DNA of 64,000 bases, taken from an uncultured delta proteobacterium (GTDB lineage: Bacteria > Desulfobacterota > Desulfomonilia > UBA1062). The position numbers and the translations under genes are program-made. Of this stretch, positions 1 through 9,921 are shown piece by piece. Within the stretch, counting starts at the first letter, position 1. The number at the start of each line of letters is the position of its first letter. The notes under the pieces are model-generated. The model was not told where the DNA came from. It saw nothing but the letters and a program-made list of their open reading frames with translations, and searched no databases. The stretch covers positions 416,001-480,000 of the forward strand of contig CAWCTR010000014.1 of the NCBI GenBank assembly GCA_963798485.1, written 5' to 3'.

Positions 1-241
1 CTGGGCCGTGGGGACACCTGTTATTGTTACATCCAACCATTATAATTTCAATGATGACGTCGATGCGATCGTGGCGGAGGATGATATGATCGTCCCGCGG
101 TTGAATGCGATCATGCAACAACCTGAGGCCTATCGGCGCATCGCGGAAAACGGACGGAAAAGGTTCCTCGACGACCATTCGGCCCGAGGCATAAGTGACA
201 AGTTCATCGAAGTGTGCCGGTGCGTGCTTCAACCCGTATGA
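1..241 (+). CDS. Glycosyltransferase, C-terminal fragment (gene begins before the window)
   Basis: The sequence GTPVI...YRRIAENGRKRFLDDHS is typical of a GT-B/GT4-like C-terminus. Its stop overlaps the next start (ATGA 238-241). Confidence 0.6.
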   Translation, partial: WAVGTPVIVTSNHYNFNDDVDAIVAEDDMIVPRLNAIMQQPEAYRRIAENGRKRFLDDHSARGISDKFIEVCRCVLQPV

Positions 242-1758
242 TGTCATCTGGATTAAGAATCCTGCAGGTACGCAATAGCCTGTTACGGAGCATCTCGCAG
301 CAACCACTATGGACTGCCGGCATCCTGATGCTGGTTGGTCTTGTGATGGGCAAGGTCTTCTCCATGGGCAACAATGTCCTGCTTGCCCGCTCCCTTCATT
401 CAAAGGATTTCGGACTGCTCACGCTCGGACTTTCCGTATTCGAGTTGGCCAATATCCCTGCCGGGCTCGGTGTGGCCAGCCTTTTGCCGAAGTACATAGC
501 GGAAAGCTTGGCCCAGAACCAGCGTGAGAAGGTCAGCGACCTCTATTCCCTGGTGATCGGATCATGTTTCACGCTCGCCTTATGCCTGGCGGCCATGATC
601 ATAGTGTTCTCACACACGATTGCAAACGCCATCTTTCACCAGCCGGAACTCACCCGCGTGCTGATCATACTCGCCTGTGCAATGCCCTTCAGCGTCGGGA
701 CATCACTGGTGGTCTCCTTGTTCCGGGGATATCAACAGACCAGGCCGAAGATCTTATTTCAGGACTTCCTGTTGCCGTTGTTGAGAATTGCCCTGTTCGT
801 CATATTGTTCTCCCTGGGATATGGCTTGACGGCCGCCTGTTACGCATTTGCCCTTTCCAACATGCTCATCTTTAGTGGTGCCGTTATAACCGCCTCCGTA
901 ACGTTGCACATCAAGCTCCGGCCAAAAATCTATGATCCGATTCTGACGCCCGGAATCTTTCATCTGGCCTGGCCGCTGAGTCTGCAATCCCTTGTCTACA
1001 TAATCTATTCCCAGATCGACCGGATATGTCTGGGGGCATTCCTGAGCCCTGCGCAAGTCGGCCTCTATGGGGCGGCATATACCCTGACCACTATGCTTGT
1101 GATCATTCCCGGGGCCTTCAATTATCTCGCCCTGCCGTTGTTCGCCAAAACACACTCCCAGAACAATCTCGATGAGATCAGGCGTGCGTACCACAAGATC
1201 GGGGGATCGGTCTTCCAGATATCCCTGCCGGTCCTGATCCTCATCCTCATGTTCGCACCGCAATTTCTCAGGATCCTGTATGGCACAGAATACCTTGGCG
1301 CAGCAGGCGTTCTGGCCATCCTATGCCTCGGGACCTTTGCCGATGCGGTGATCGGACCCGCATCGGACGCGCTGGTTGCCTCAGGTAACACCCGCATCCC
1401 CTTATATGGAGCCCTGGCGGGGTGCATCTCCAATGTGTTTTTGAATGTCTGGTTAATTCCGCTACTGGGTATTATCGGGGCGGCAATCGCCACCTGCACG
1501 AGCATGTATCTCGCAAAATCGATCCTGGCCGTCTTTAACTACCGCCAATATCGAATCATCGCGCTCTCGAAGCAGTATCTCGTATATATACTGATAGGCT
1601 CTTTGACCGCATTGATCACCAGGCATCTTTATCACGCCACGGCGTTCGGAACTGATATGATACGAACCCTCGGCTTGAGCGCGTTTTATCTATTCTCCAC
1701 GTATAGTATGTTCTTTGCCTGGAATCGCATTACGAGCAAGACCGTTGCTGTGCCTTGA
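238..1758 (+). CDS. wzx: Wzx-type oligosaccharide flippase
   Basis: About 12-14 hydrophobic segments with the MOP-family motifs LARSL...FG, QIDRICLG...VGLYGAA and LIPLLGIIGAAIAT. ATG 238 is coupled to the upstream stop. Confidence 0.85.
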   Translation: MMSSGLRILQVRNSLLRSISQQPLWTAGILMLVGLVMGKVFSMGNNVLLARSLHSKDFGLLTLGLSVFELANIPAGLGVASLLPKYIAESLAQNQREKVSDLYSLVIGSCFTLALCLAAMIIVFSHTIANAIFHQPELTRVLIILACAMPFSVGTSLVVSLFRGYQQTRPKILFQDFLLPLLRIALFVILFSLGYGLTAACYAFALSNMLIFSGAVITASVTLHIKLRPKIYDPILTPGIFHLAWPLSLQSLVYIIYSQIDRICLGAFLSPAQVGLYGAAYTLTTMLVIIPGAFNYLALPLFAKTHSQNNLDEIRRAYHKIGGSVFQISLPVLILILMFAPQFLRILYGTEYLGAAGVLAILCLGTFADAVIGPASDALVASGNTRIPLYGALAGCISNVFLNVWLIPLLGIIGAAIATCTSMYLAKSILAVFNYRQYRIIALSKQYLVYILIGSLTALITRHLYHATAFGTDMIRTLGLSAFYLFSTYSMFFAWNRITSKTVAVP

Positions 1759-1818
1759 TAGCTCCCCCGCACATCTAAAACGCACTCCGAGAATTCAGGG
1801 GGTCAAGGAAATCTACTG

Positions 1819-2625
1819 ATGTCTGACGATATTTCATTGTATCTATCCGGCACTGAACTGTATGGGGATGATCTCCCGATCGATGGGATCGCGGCATGGT
1901 TCCATGACGAAAAGGAAGGCTATGCCGATCTCGGCGCAAAAGATAGGACATCATACCGCTATGTGTATCGCACACTGGACTGGTTGCATGGGTTTAGGCA
2001 TTTGGGGTCCCGAAGTTTCCGAGCTGCGCTCGGCATAGGCGCAGCCTACGGAGAAGAGTTTATACCGCTGGCTGATCGCATCAAGGAGATCACGATCCTC
2101 GACCCTTCCGACGCATTCGCCGTCAATACACGGATCAAGCGCACCCCGTGCCGTTACGTAAAGCCCACCATGGAAGGACGTCTGCCCTTTGCGGATCAGT
2201 GTTTCGATCTGATCACCAGTTTCAGTGTTCTGCACCATATTCCCAACGTATCCTATGTGATGCGGGAGTGTTTCCGCTGTCTGGCCATGGACGGACTCAT
2301 GCTTATCCGGGATCCGATTATATCGATGGGGGACTGGACAAAACCCCGGCGTGGCTTGACGAAAAGGGAGCGCGGCATACCGCTGGGCATATTCGAAAAA
2401 ATAATCGGAAATGCCGGCTTCACGGTTAAACACCGCTCATTATGTATCTTTCCGGCAATCCCCAAGCTTATGGATAAGCTCGGCATCGACGCCTACAACA
2501 CCTGGGGGCTTACCCTCTTAGATGCCCTACTCTGCAGGGCTTTGAGAAGGAACGCAACATATCATCGCACCACATTATGGCAGAAATTCGGCCCCGGGTA
2601 TGTGTACTTTGTTTTGACGAAATGA
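1819..2625 (+). CDS. Class I SAM-dependent methyltransferase
   Basis: Motif I-like ALGIGAAYG and LPFADQCFDLITSFSVLHHIPN; lies inside the EPS operon. Confidence 0.8.
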   Translation: MSDDISLYLSGTELYGDDLPIDGIAAWFHDEKEGYADLGAKDRTSYRYVYRTLDWLHGFRHLGSRSFRAALGIGAAYGEEFIPLADRIKEITILDPSDAFAVNTRIKRTPCRYVKPTMEGRLPFADQCFDLITSFSVLHHIPNVSYVMRECFRCLAMDGLMLIRDPIISMGDWTKPRRGLTKRERGIPLGIFEKIIGNAGFTVKHRSLCIFPAIPKLMDKLGIDAYNTWGLTLLDALLCRALRRNATYHRTTLWQKFGPGYVYFVLTK

Positions 2626-2632
2626 ATACATT

Positions 2633-3784
2633 ATGGCATCAGAAAAACCGAAGATATTGATCGTTAGCCGCTATAGTTTCGGGTATCAGCCGCTCCCTTA
2701 TCACTGGTGCCGGTATTTACAGGAATACTACGATATCACCTGCCTGTGTCTAGCGGATTCCCGCAAACAGGAACCGATTGCAATGGAAGGAGTGAATATT
2801 AAATATCTGAACTGCAAATTCGGAAGACTTGGGCGGCTGGCCGTACTACTCATCGGATCATTGCGAACCATCCGGCAGGGGTATGATATCTATATCGTCA
2901 TGTACTTTCAAGGCTGCGGGCTCCTCAAGTTATTCTGTTCCCCGCACCGGAAATTGGTTCTCGATATCCAAAGCGGCGCCATCGGCGTTTCAAGGACCAC
3001 GAGAATGCTGGTCAACTGGCTGCTGCGGCTGGAGGCTTCGCTTTTCCGCTATAAATTCGTGCTGTCCGAAAGCTTGCGCCAAAAGCTCCACATGCCGGCT
3101 GCACAGGTGCTTCCCATCGGCGCCCAAACGATTTCCTATAAGGAACGCAGTCTCAAACGAGTGGATTTAATATACGTCGGCACCCTTCAGGATCGTAACA
3201 TAGACAGCACCATCAGGGGCTTCAAACAATTCCACGTGCATCACAAAGATGCGGTCGGCATGTCCTACACCATCATCGGAAATGGGTTTAAGAACGAGGA
3301 AGAAGAACTGAAGAAGCTGGTGCGTGAGGAGGGTCTTGAAGGGGTTGTCAAGATCGTAGGATATATTGCAACAGACAAACTTGCTCCGCTTTTTGATGAA
3401 GCGAATGTGGGTGTGTCGTTCATCCCCTTGACGGATTACTACGATGTGCAGCCTCCCACAAAGACCTTCGAATATCTGTTGTCCGGGATGCCGGTCATTG
3501 CAACCCAAACAAGAGAAAACCGCCGCCTCGTCGATAATACCAATGGGGTCCTCATCAAGGACACTCCTGAGGGGTTTTATCAGGGACTGCTGGAGCTGTA
3601 TGAAAGGCGGTATATGTTCAATGCGGAAGAGATTCGAGCACGAGCTCAGGTACATACATGGGAACATATCACTACACAAAAGTTGATACCCCTTCTCAAC
3701 TCCATTTTGCATTCAGGCCCGGGTAAACACATGCCTGATCATTCAAATGCCCCGGCAAAGCAACGAGCTTATGGTGAGCATTAA
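2633..3784 (+). CDS. GT4 family glycosyltransferase
   Basis: LIYVGTL...R and PTKTFEYLLSGMPVIAT (GT4 C-terminal motif). Confidence 0.85.
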   Translation: MASEKPKILIVSRYSFGYQPLPYHWCRYLQEYYDITCLCLADSRKQEPIAMEGVNIKYLNCKFGRLGRLAVLLIGSLRTIRQGYDIYIVMYFQGCGLLKLFCSPHRKLVLDIQSGAIGVSRTTRMLVNWLLRLEASLFRYKFVLSESLRQKLHMPAAQVLPIGAQTISYKERSLKRVDLIYVGTLQDRNIDSTIRGFKQFHVHHKDAVGMSYTIIGNGFKNEEEELKKLVREEGLEGVVKIVGYIATDKLAPLFDEANVGVSFIPLTDYYDVQPPTKTFEYLLSGMPVIATQTRENRRLVDNTNGVLIKDTPEGFYQGLLELYERRYMFNAEEIRARAQVHTWEHITTQKLIPLLNSILHSGPGKHMPDHSNAPAKQRAYGEH

Positions 3785-5441
3785 AAACGTGAGATCTAAC
3801 CGCTTGCTGTTTCTATTCTGCCTCCTTTTCCTCGCCTTGGGTGTATCTCCGGGGCACTCAGCAAAGTCAGAAGAGCATCGCTGGATCTTCTGTCAGGATG
3901 CATTAGGGAATTCGGAAGATCTGGAAAAACTGCAATCCCTCATCATGGACGCCAAAGTATCCGGCTTCAATGGGATCGTTTTGAGTTCGCGCTTTGACAG
4001 CCTTGACCTCCAATCACCGGAGTATATTGAACGGATCAAGCAACTAAGTGCATTTTGTAATCAAAAGGCCTTCAATCTCATCCCCTGCTGTTTTTCCATT
4101 GGGTATGCTGGCGCTTTACTTTCCCATGACAAGAATTTGGCCGAAGGATTTCCCGTATGTGATCTCCTGTTCAAGGTTGCGGACGCTAAGGCTGTTCCCT
4201 ATTCCCCTGCAAAGGAATCAGACGAAACGCTCTTCGCCGCTGATTTCGAGAATCTGAGCCGGACAGGTATGGCCCTGGAAGATGTCGGCAAGGTAACATT
4301 CCGCGATGACACGGTTACGCATTCCGGCCGGTCTTCCCTGCGGCTCGAGAATTTCGGATACAACCGCCATGGCAATGCCCGGCTGAGCAAAGATTTAAAC
4401 GTAACTCCGTTTAAATCTTATGAGATCTCGTTCTGGTACCGGACGGAAAAGCTGACTTCCGGAACGCCCCTTATGGTGCAGGTTTACACTACGGACGGGC
4501 ACTACCTTACCTCTATGAACATGGAACAACCTACGGATGCCTGGCAGCGGTGCACATTGGATTTCAATTCTCTTGAACATGCACGTGTGAGAATATATCT
4601 GGGTGTATGGGGAGGCCAAATAGGAAAGGTGTGGATTGACGATCTGAAGATCAGACAACAGAAGGACCTCATCCGCCTCATTCATCGCGCCGGCGCACCA
4701 GTCAATGTGACCGACGCCCTCACAGGTGCGGCTTATGTGCTGGGAACCGACTTCGACATTCATGAGTATCCAAAGGGCTCCAATAATTATTTCATCACCA
4801 TCAATAAGCATGGCCATATCCGGGAAAACACCCAGCTTAAGGTGAGCTATTACCGTTCCTATGTAATGGCACACGGTCAGGTTTGCGCCTGCATGGCTGT
4901 ACCTGAGATATATGAAATATGGAAAAGGGAAGTAGGCCTGATTGAGCAACTGATTCATCCCAAGGCGTACTTTTTAAGCATGGATGAAATTCGTCAAGGC
5001 GGCTATTGCGATTTGTGCAGCAAGGAAGACATGGCGAGGCTATTAGGACAATGTATCACCAAGCAATATAAAATAATAAAATCACTCAGTTCAATTTCAA
5101 GAGTATACCTGTGGGGAGATATGCTCGATCCCAATATGGGCGCAACAAGCATCTATTGCATGACAAGGGGCGGGTTTTCAAATTCATGGCAGTATGTGCC
5201 CAAAGAGATCATTCCTGTTGTCTGGGATTATAATAATCGAGACAAAAGTCTGTCGCATTTCAAGAAAAACGGCTTTACTTCAATGGTATCCATAAGTGTG
5301 GATGAAGATGCATCAGTCGACAGACTTAAGGCCTGGAAGAAATCTCTGTACAGCAGTAAGAGCAAGCCGGGCATCATGTATACAACGTGGCATCATGATT
5401 ATTCACATTTAAAAATATTCGGTGAAACCCTCTTTGATTAA
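3771..5441 (+). CDS. Secreted GH20-like glycoside hydrolase with inserted CBM4/9-like domain
   Basis: Signal peptide after MVSIK; LSMDEIRQ catalytic DE pair, LWGDML and YTTW; CBM-like insert HSGRSSLRL...YEISFWYRT...GKVWIDDLKI. Confidence 0.65.
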   Translation: MVSIKNVRSNRLLFLFCLLFLALGVSPGHSAKSEEHRWIFCQDALGNSEDLEKLQSLIMDAKVSGFNGIVLSSRFDSLDLQSPEYIERIKQLSAFCNQKAFNLIPCCFSIGYAGALLSHDKNLAEGFPVCDLLFKVADAKAVPYSPAKESDETLFAADFENLSRTGMALEDVGKVTFRDDTVTHSGRSSLRLENFGYNRHGNARLSKDLNVTPFKSYEISFWYRTEKLTSGTPLMVQVYTTDGHYLTSMNMEQPTDAWQRCTLDFNSLEHARVRIYLGVWGGQIGKVWIDDLKIRQQKDLIRLIHRAGAPVNVTDALTGAAYVLGTDFDIHEYPKGSNNYFITINKHGHIRENTQLKVSYYRSYVMAHGQVCACMAVPEIYEIWKREVGLIEQLIHPKAYFLSMDEIRQGGYCDLCSKEDMARLLGQCITKQYKIIKSLSSISRVYLWGDMLDPNMGATSIYCMTRGGFSNSWQYVPKEIIPVVWDYNNRDKSLSHFKKNGFTSMVSISVDEDASVDRLKAWKKSLYSSKSKPGIMYTTWHHDYSHLKIFGETLFD

Positions 5442-6729
5442 GCTGATCTATCTAACGATAACTGCGGTATTTTTCCCGGTCTATATTCAGTTCCAGGGCA
5501 AAGATGCCACTACAACGGGGAGTTTAGCAATTATATGCCTTTCTTTCTTATTTTTTTCTTCAAGTCTTTTTACCAACGGCAAAAGGTTCAGATTCTTGTT
5601 ATTCGTCATGATTCTCACCTTTATCGGCATAATCAGTTCGTCGTTTCTCCCTCCTGATCTTACCATGAAATCAGTAAGGCACCTGGGCGCTTTTGTCTGT
5701 TCCATGCTGCTCTTCTTTGTTGTTGCCAATTATTACAGCGGGATGAATGGTCCTGAACAAAAGGAGCGTATTAATAGATTGATCTCATTTGTCCTCTTGA
5801 TGACATCGCTTCAGATCATGATCGGAATAATCCTATATTTTTATCCGCCCCTCGGCAAGCCTCTTGCCGTCTTCGCCCCGCGCAACGTGGATGTTCTCGT
5901 TACCGTCGATGCAGGCGCAAAACGATTGCAAAGTATTATGACGGGGTGGGAGGAAATAGGTGAATTTATAGCAGTTCTCTCGCCGCTCTTATTTTATCAG
6001 GTCATGAGAACAAGCAGCAAATTAATACCTCTCATTTTTCTGGTTCTGTATACCATCGGTGTAATTCTGTCTGCCACGAGATCGGCAATTCTCTTGTTTA
6101 TCCTTGCAGGTCTTGTTTTTATAATCTGGAACAGACATACCATACGCCTTCACAGGGTATTGTTGGGAAGTTATATACTTGGAATCGGCATGTCCATCCT
6201 GGTATTTCTTTTCCCCCTTTCTCTTAATTATTGGGATGCAGCCATGGCAAGGTTCATTGCCTTTTCAAACATCTATGCCAAGACAGATTCACTCACCAAG
6301 GCTATCGATCGTGAAGGGGCCTGGAATTATGGGCTCCATATAGTCGGTAATAATCTGAATCTGTTCGGCAACAGCATGGTCACGCCAGGTAATTTTCACT
6401 GTCTTTATCTAACCCTCATCTATGATTTGGGAATCATAGGAGGGGCAGTTATTTTTGGGTTCTTTATATACGTGCTTATCAAATTGTTTTTAGCGGCAAG
6501 AAATACAGTTGATCCCGATACAAAGTGTCTTGTTTCCGCGTGCATCATTTCATTGAGTGTTTTTTTGATCAATGAGATCAAATATGAATTCAATCGGGAT
6601 TTTTCATATCAGGAGATCATCTGGCTTCTTTTTGCACTATTCTGGCTGGTGTCGCAACGTGCTGCAACAAGTGCACAGCCGGTCGCCCTGCAAGATATGC
6701 AAAGGCATTATTTTGATTTCTCTCAATAA
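5422..6729 (+). CDS. Wzy polymerase / O-antigen ligase family membrane protein
   Basis: More than 10 TM segments with LSATRSA and FHCLYLTLIYDLGIIG (Wzy_C-like). Confidence 0.75.
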   Translation: MKPSLIKLIYLTITAVFFPVYIQFQGKDATTTGSLAIICLSFLFFSSSLFTNGKRFRFLLFVMILTFIGIISSSFLPPDLTMKSVRHLGAFVCSMLLFFVVANYYSGMNGPEQKERINRLISFVLLMTSLQIMIGIILYFYPPLGKPLAVFAPRNVDVLVTVDAGAKRLQSIMTGWEEIGEFIAVLSPLLFYQVMRTSSKLIPLIFLVLYTIGVILSATRSAILLFILAGLVFIIWNRHTIRLHRVLLGSYILGIGMSILVFLFPLSLNYWDAAMARFIAFSNIYAKTDSLTKAIDREGAWNYGLHIVGNNLNLFGNSMVTPGNFHCLYLTLIYDLGIIGGAVIFGFFIYVLIKLFLAARNTVDPDTKCLVSACIISLSVFLINEIKYEFNRDFSYQEIIWLLFALFWLVSQRAATSAQPVALQDMQRHYFDFSQ

Positions 6730-6744
6730 ATTCTAAAGTGGATT

Positions 6745-7917
6745 ATGCAAACAACCTGTCTCATCATTGAGAACTGCAATTTTATCGATTATCCGACCGG
6801 CGGTCATTTGTCATTCGCCCGGCAGATGATGTACGCATTTGGAAACAGGCTGGCCCTGGTGGGAATAACTACGGACAATACCCCCATAGGCAAATGGGTT
6901 GAAAAGGAAATTGATGGGATCCGGTATCAATTTTTTAGTGTCGGCCGCAGGAAAGGGTCAGCCCGGAAGCCGGTTATTCCGGAACGACTTTCCATGTTCA
7001 CTGATCTGATGCGTTATAGGAAAAAGATACTTTCCTCCGGGATCAAGAACGTTTTTACCCAGGCCCCTGAAATCCTGATGGTTGTCTCGCGCTGGCATAT
7101 GGAAAGCATCTGCTATGATTTTCCGGGTGTGGAAAACCCCCTTGTTATGCCTCGATATTCGTGGGGTAAGATGCTGATAAATCTTTATGACAGAGAGCTG
7201 TTCAAGGCTTTGAAAAAGGTTGATGTGATCCTTGCCTGTGCCGATGAGGCCTCAATTCGGGATTTGACCAGGAGATCCAAAGGTTCGCTTCAGAGAGACC
7301 GTGTAATTCTTTTCCCTACAAGGGTCGATACCAGTGTCTTCCGTGCAACCGGAAAACGTGTTGCCAGAGAGGCGCTTCATTTACCGCCGGATAGCCTCAT
7401 CATCATGAGTTGCGGAAGAATCAGCCGAGTGAAGGGTTGGGATCTCTTACTCGATAGCTTCTCAGTGCTTCTCAGTAAATTCCCCCATGCACTATTCATA
7501 TTCGTAGGCGACGGCGAAGAGAGGAATTTGCTCAAGACACATGCAACGGCATTAGGTCTGGATGGAAAGGTAATCATAACGGGTTTTCAAAAGCCTGAGA
7601 TGGTAGCGGGCTACATCAATGCTGCAGATCTGGTAGTAGTCGGCTCCCATAAAGAAGGTTGGTCGATTGCCATGCTTGAGGCCTTAGCCTGTGGGAAAAA
7701 CGTGGTTTCCACAAATATAAGCGGGGCTTCGGACATGATTTTAGAAGGTGTAACCGGGTTTATCGTGAGATCGAGAAACGCAGAGATGTTTGCAACTGCA
7801 ATAGAGAGCGCTTTGTCCATGCCCGATCCCAATGATACATCCGTTGCCGCATCAGAGAAATATGCCTTGGAGCATCTGCAAAATGACATTGCCGGGCTAT
7901 GGGGACCGCTTTCATGA
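6745..7917 (+). CDS. GT4 family glycosyltransferase
   Basis: GRISRVKG and EGWSIAMLEALACG (E-x7-E). Confidence 0.9.
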   Translation: MQTTCLIIENCNFIDYPTGGHLSFARQMMYAFGNRLALVGITTDNTPIGKWVEKEIDGIRYQFFSVGRRKGSARKPVIPERLSMFTDLMRYRKKILSSGIKNVFTQAPEILMVVSRWHMESICYDFPGVENPLVMPRYSWGKMLINLYDRELFKALKKVDVILACADEASIRDLTRRSKGSLQRDRVILFPTRVDTSVFRATGKRVAREALHLPPDSLIIMSCGRISRVKGWDLLLDSFSVLLSKFPHALFIFVGDGEERNLLKTHATALGLDGKVIITGFQKPEMVAGYINAADLVVVGSHKEGWSIAMLEALACGKNVVSTNISGASDMILEGVTGFIVRSRNAEMFATAIESALSMPDPNDTSVAASEKYALEHLQNDIAGLWGPLS

Positions 7918-9083
7918 AGATACTCCTCGTTCATAACGAATATAAGATCAGAGGCGGTGAGGATGAGGTCCTGGCTCAGGAATATGCTTTGCTAACCGAA
8001 CATGGTCATACAGTGAATGTCCTTTCTGAATCCAATGAATCCATAAACGGATGGAAAAGGATAAAAGTTGCTCTACAAACCCCATATTCCATAGGTGCAC
8101 GGAAAAGGATTGCCTCCACGATAAAGCATTTCAGCCCTGATATCATACATGTACATAATTTCTTTCCGCTGCTGACGCCATCGATCTATGATGCATGTAT
8201 TCATGCAGCTATCCCTGTTGTCCAGACCCTCCATAATTATCGCATGATGTGTCCGGGTGCACTGCTGATGTGTGACGGCATGATTTGTGAGCAATGCCTG
8301 ACCTCTTCACCGTATCATTCAATACTCAAAAGGTGTTACCGGGATTCACTCATGGGCACCTTGATGGCGGCATCCATGGTGGATCTGCATCGCAGATTGG
8401 GTACATGGCACAAAAAGGTGGATCGCTTCATTGCCCTTACCGAGTTCTCAAAAAATAAGTTCGTTGAGGGGGGCTTCCCATCACAGAGAATCGAGGTGAA
8501 ACCCAACTTCGTTAAGTCCCCCCAAAAACCTTCAGCCATGAAATGTACGGAAAAGAAAGATACAAATCTACGGGCACTCTTCATAGGAAGGATCAGTCAG
8601 GAAAAAGGGATAACCACATTATTATGGTCATGGCAGAACCAGGATATGCATTTACGTATTGCCGGAGACGGTCCGCTCCTGGAGCAGATCGAACAAGGGA
8701 AATCAGGCTTTGTCAAGGCACTCGGTCGCCTCTCACGGCCTGAGATTGAACAGGAATTGACGCAGGCGGATTTATTGATCATGCCGTCCGAATGTTATGA
8801 GAACTTTCCTTTGGCATTGGCTGAAGCCTATTCCTACGGAGTGCCTGTCGTCGCTTCAAACCTCGGAGCAATGGCTGAGATCGTCGAGGATGGTCTGACC
8901 GGGTTGCTCTTCGAGCCTGGTAACGCTGCAGATCTGAGGGCAAAGGTGGACTGGATGAAAGCACATCCCATCGAGCGCAACCGTATGGGTACTAATGCAC
9001 GAAGGGTTTTTGAAGAGAAGTACACGCCCGAGAGAAACTATGAAAAACTGATATCTATTTATCAGGATGTATTGAAGGGATAA
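7914..9083 (+). CDS. GT4 family glycosyltransferase
   Basis: MKILLVHN..GGE, GRISQEKG and YENFPLALAEAYSYG. ATGA overlap at 7914-7917. Confidence 0.9.
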   Translation: MKILLVHNEYKIRGGEDEVLAQEYALLTEHGHTVNVLSESNESINGWKRIKVALQTPYSIGARKRIASTIKHFSPDIIHVHNFFPLLTPSIYDACIHAAIPVVQTLHNYRMMCPGALLMCDGMICEQCLTSSPYHSILKRCYRDSLMGTLMAASMVDLHRRLGTWHKKVDRFIALTEFSKNKFVEGGFPSQRIEVKPNFVKSPQKPSAMKCTEKKDTNLRALFIGRISQEKGITTLLWSWQNQDMHLRIAGDGPLLEQIEQGKSGFVKALGRLSRPEIEQELTQADLLIMPSECYENFPLALAEAYSYGVPVVASNLGAMAEIVEDGLTGLLFEPGNAADLRAKVDWMKAHPIERNRMGTNARRVFEEKYTPERNYEKLISIYQDVLKG

Positions 9084-9088
9084 TTAAA

Positions 9089-9874
9089 CTGGAACATCCT
9101 AAGGTAAATATCTGCGGGATCAGGCATTCTTGTGTTGATTACGATGCCGCCATATCAACCTTTGGTGAATGGATTGCAGCGAGAGACAAACCCCATCAGG
9201 TGTGCATCTCAAATGTCCATACGACGGTGATGTGCCGGTCGGATAAGGAATTAGTCGAGATTGCCAATAAGGCGGACATGGTAACTATGGACGGCCAACC
9301 TCTCCGCTGGTATGCCAATCATGTCCGTGGGGCAAAGTTGAAAGACAGGGTATGTGGCCCGGATCTCATGATGCGATGTATTGAGACTGGGCTTGACAAG
9401 GGTTGGAGGCATTTCTTCTTCGGTGGCAAAATCGACGTGCTCTTGAATCTATGTGAAATGTTCAAGAGGAGATATCCTGAACTTAAAATTGTAGGCAGCT
9501 ACTCACCACCTTTCAGACCCTTAACAGAAAAAGATAATCAAGAGATTGCCTCAATGATCAATACATCCAAAGCGGATATTCTCTGGGTTGGACTTGGAGC
9601 ACCCAAACAGGAGAAATGGATTGCACATAATCTTGCCAGGATTCACGCACCGGTTCAGATCGGGGTTGGAGCGGCCTTCGATTTTCACACCGGCAACATA
9701 AAACGTGCACCTCTGTTTTTTCAAAGATCAGGTCTGGAATGGGCTTACCGGATCATTCAGGATCCGAGATTGCTTTTCAGATATCTCAAGACCAATCCTG
9801 TCTTTTTATATATGTTTTTCAGAGACTATCTCAATGCAAAGGTAATAAGAATTCCTACCAAGAATATATCTTAA
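9089..9874 (+). CDS. WecB/TagA/CpsF family glycosyltransferase (GT26)
   Basis: DGQPL, RVCGPDL, WVGLGAPKQE, GVGAAFDF and GLEW. Family-like sequence continues in frame upstream of the called GTG 9200, to a CTG at 9089. Confidence 0.9.
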   Translation: MEHPKVNICGIRHSCVDYDAAISTFGEWIAARDKPHQVCISNVHTTVMCRSDKELVEIANKADMVTMDGQPLRWYANHVRGAKLKDRVCGPDLMMRCIETGLDKGWRHFFFGGKIDVLLNLCEMFKRRYPELKIVGSYSPPFRPLTEKDNQEIASMINTSKADILWVGLGAPKQEKWIAHNLARIHAPVQIGVGAAFDFHTGNIKRAPLFFQRSGLEWAYRIIQDPRLLFRYLKTNPVFLYMFFRDYLNAKVIRIPTKNIS

Positions 9875-9921
9875 CTAACTAACCGTATTTATTACATAAT
9901 CATCAGGATCATGAGCATACT

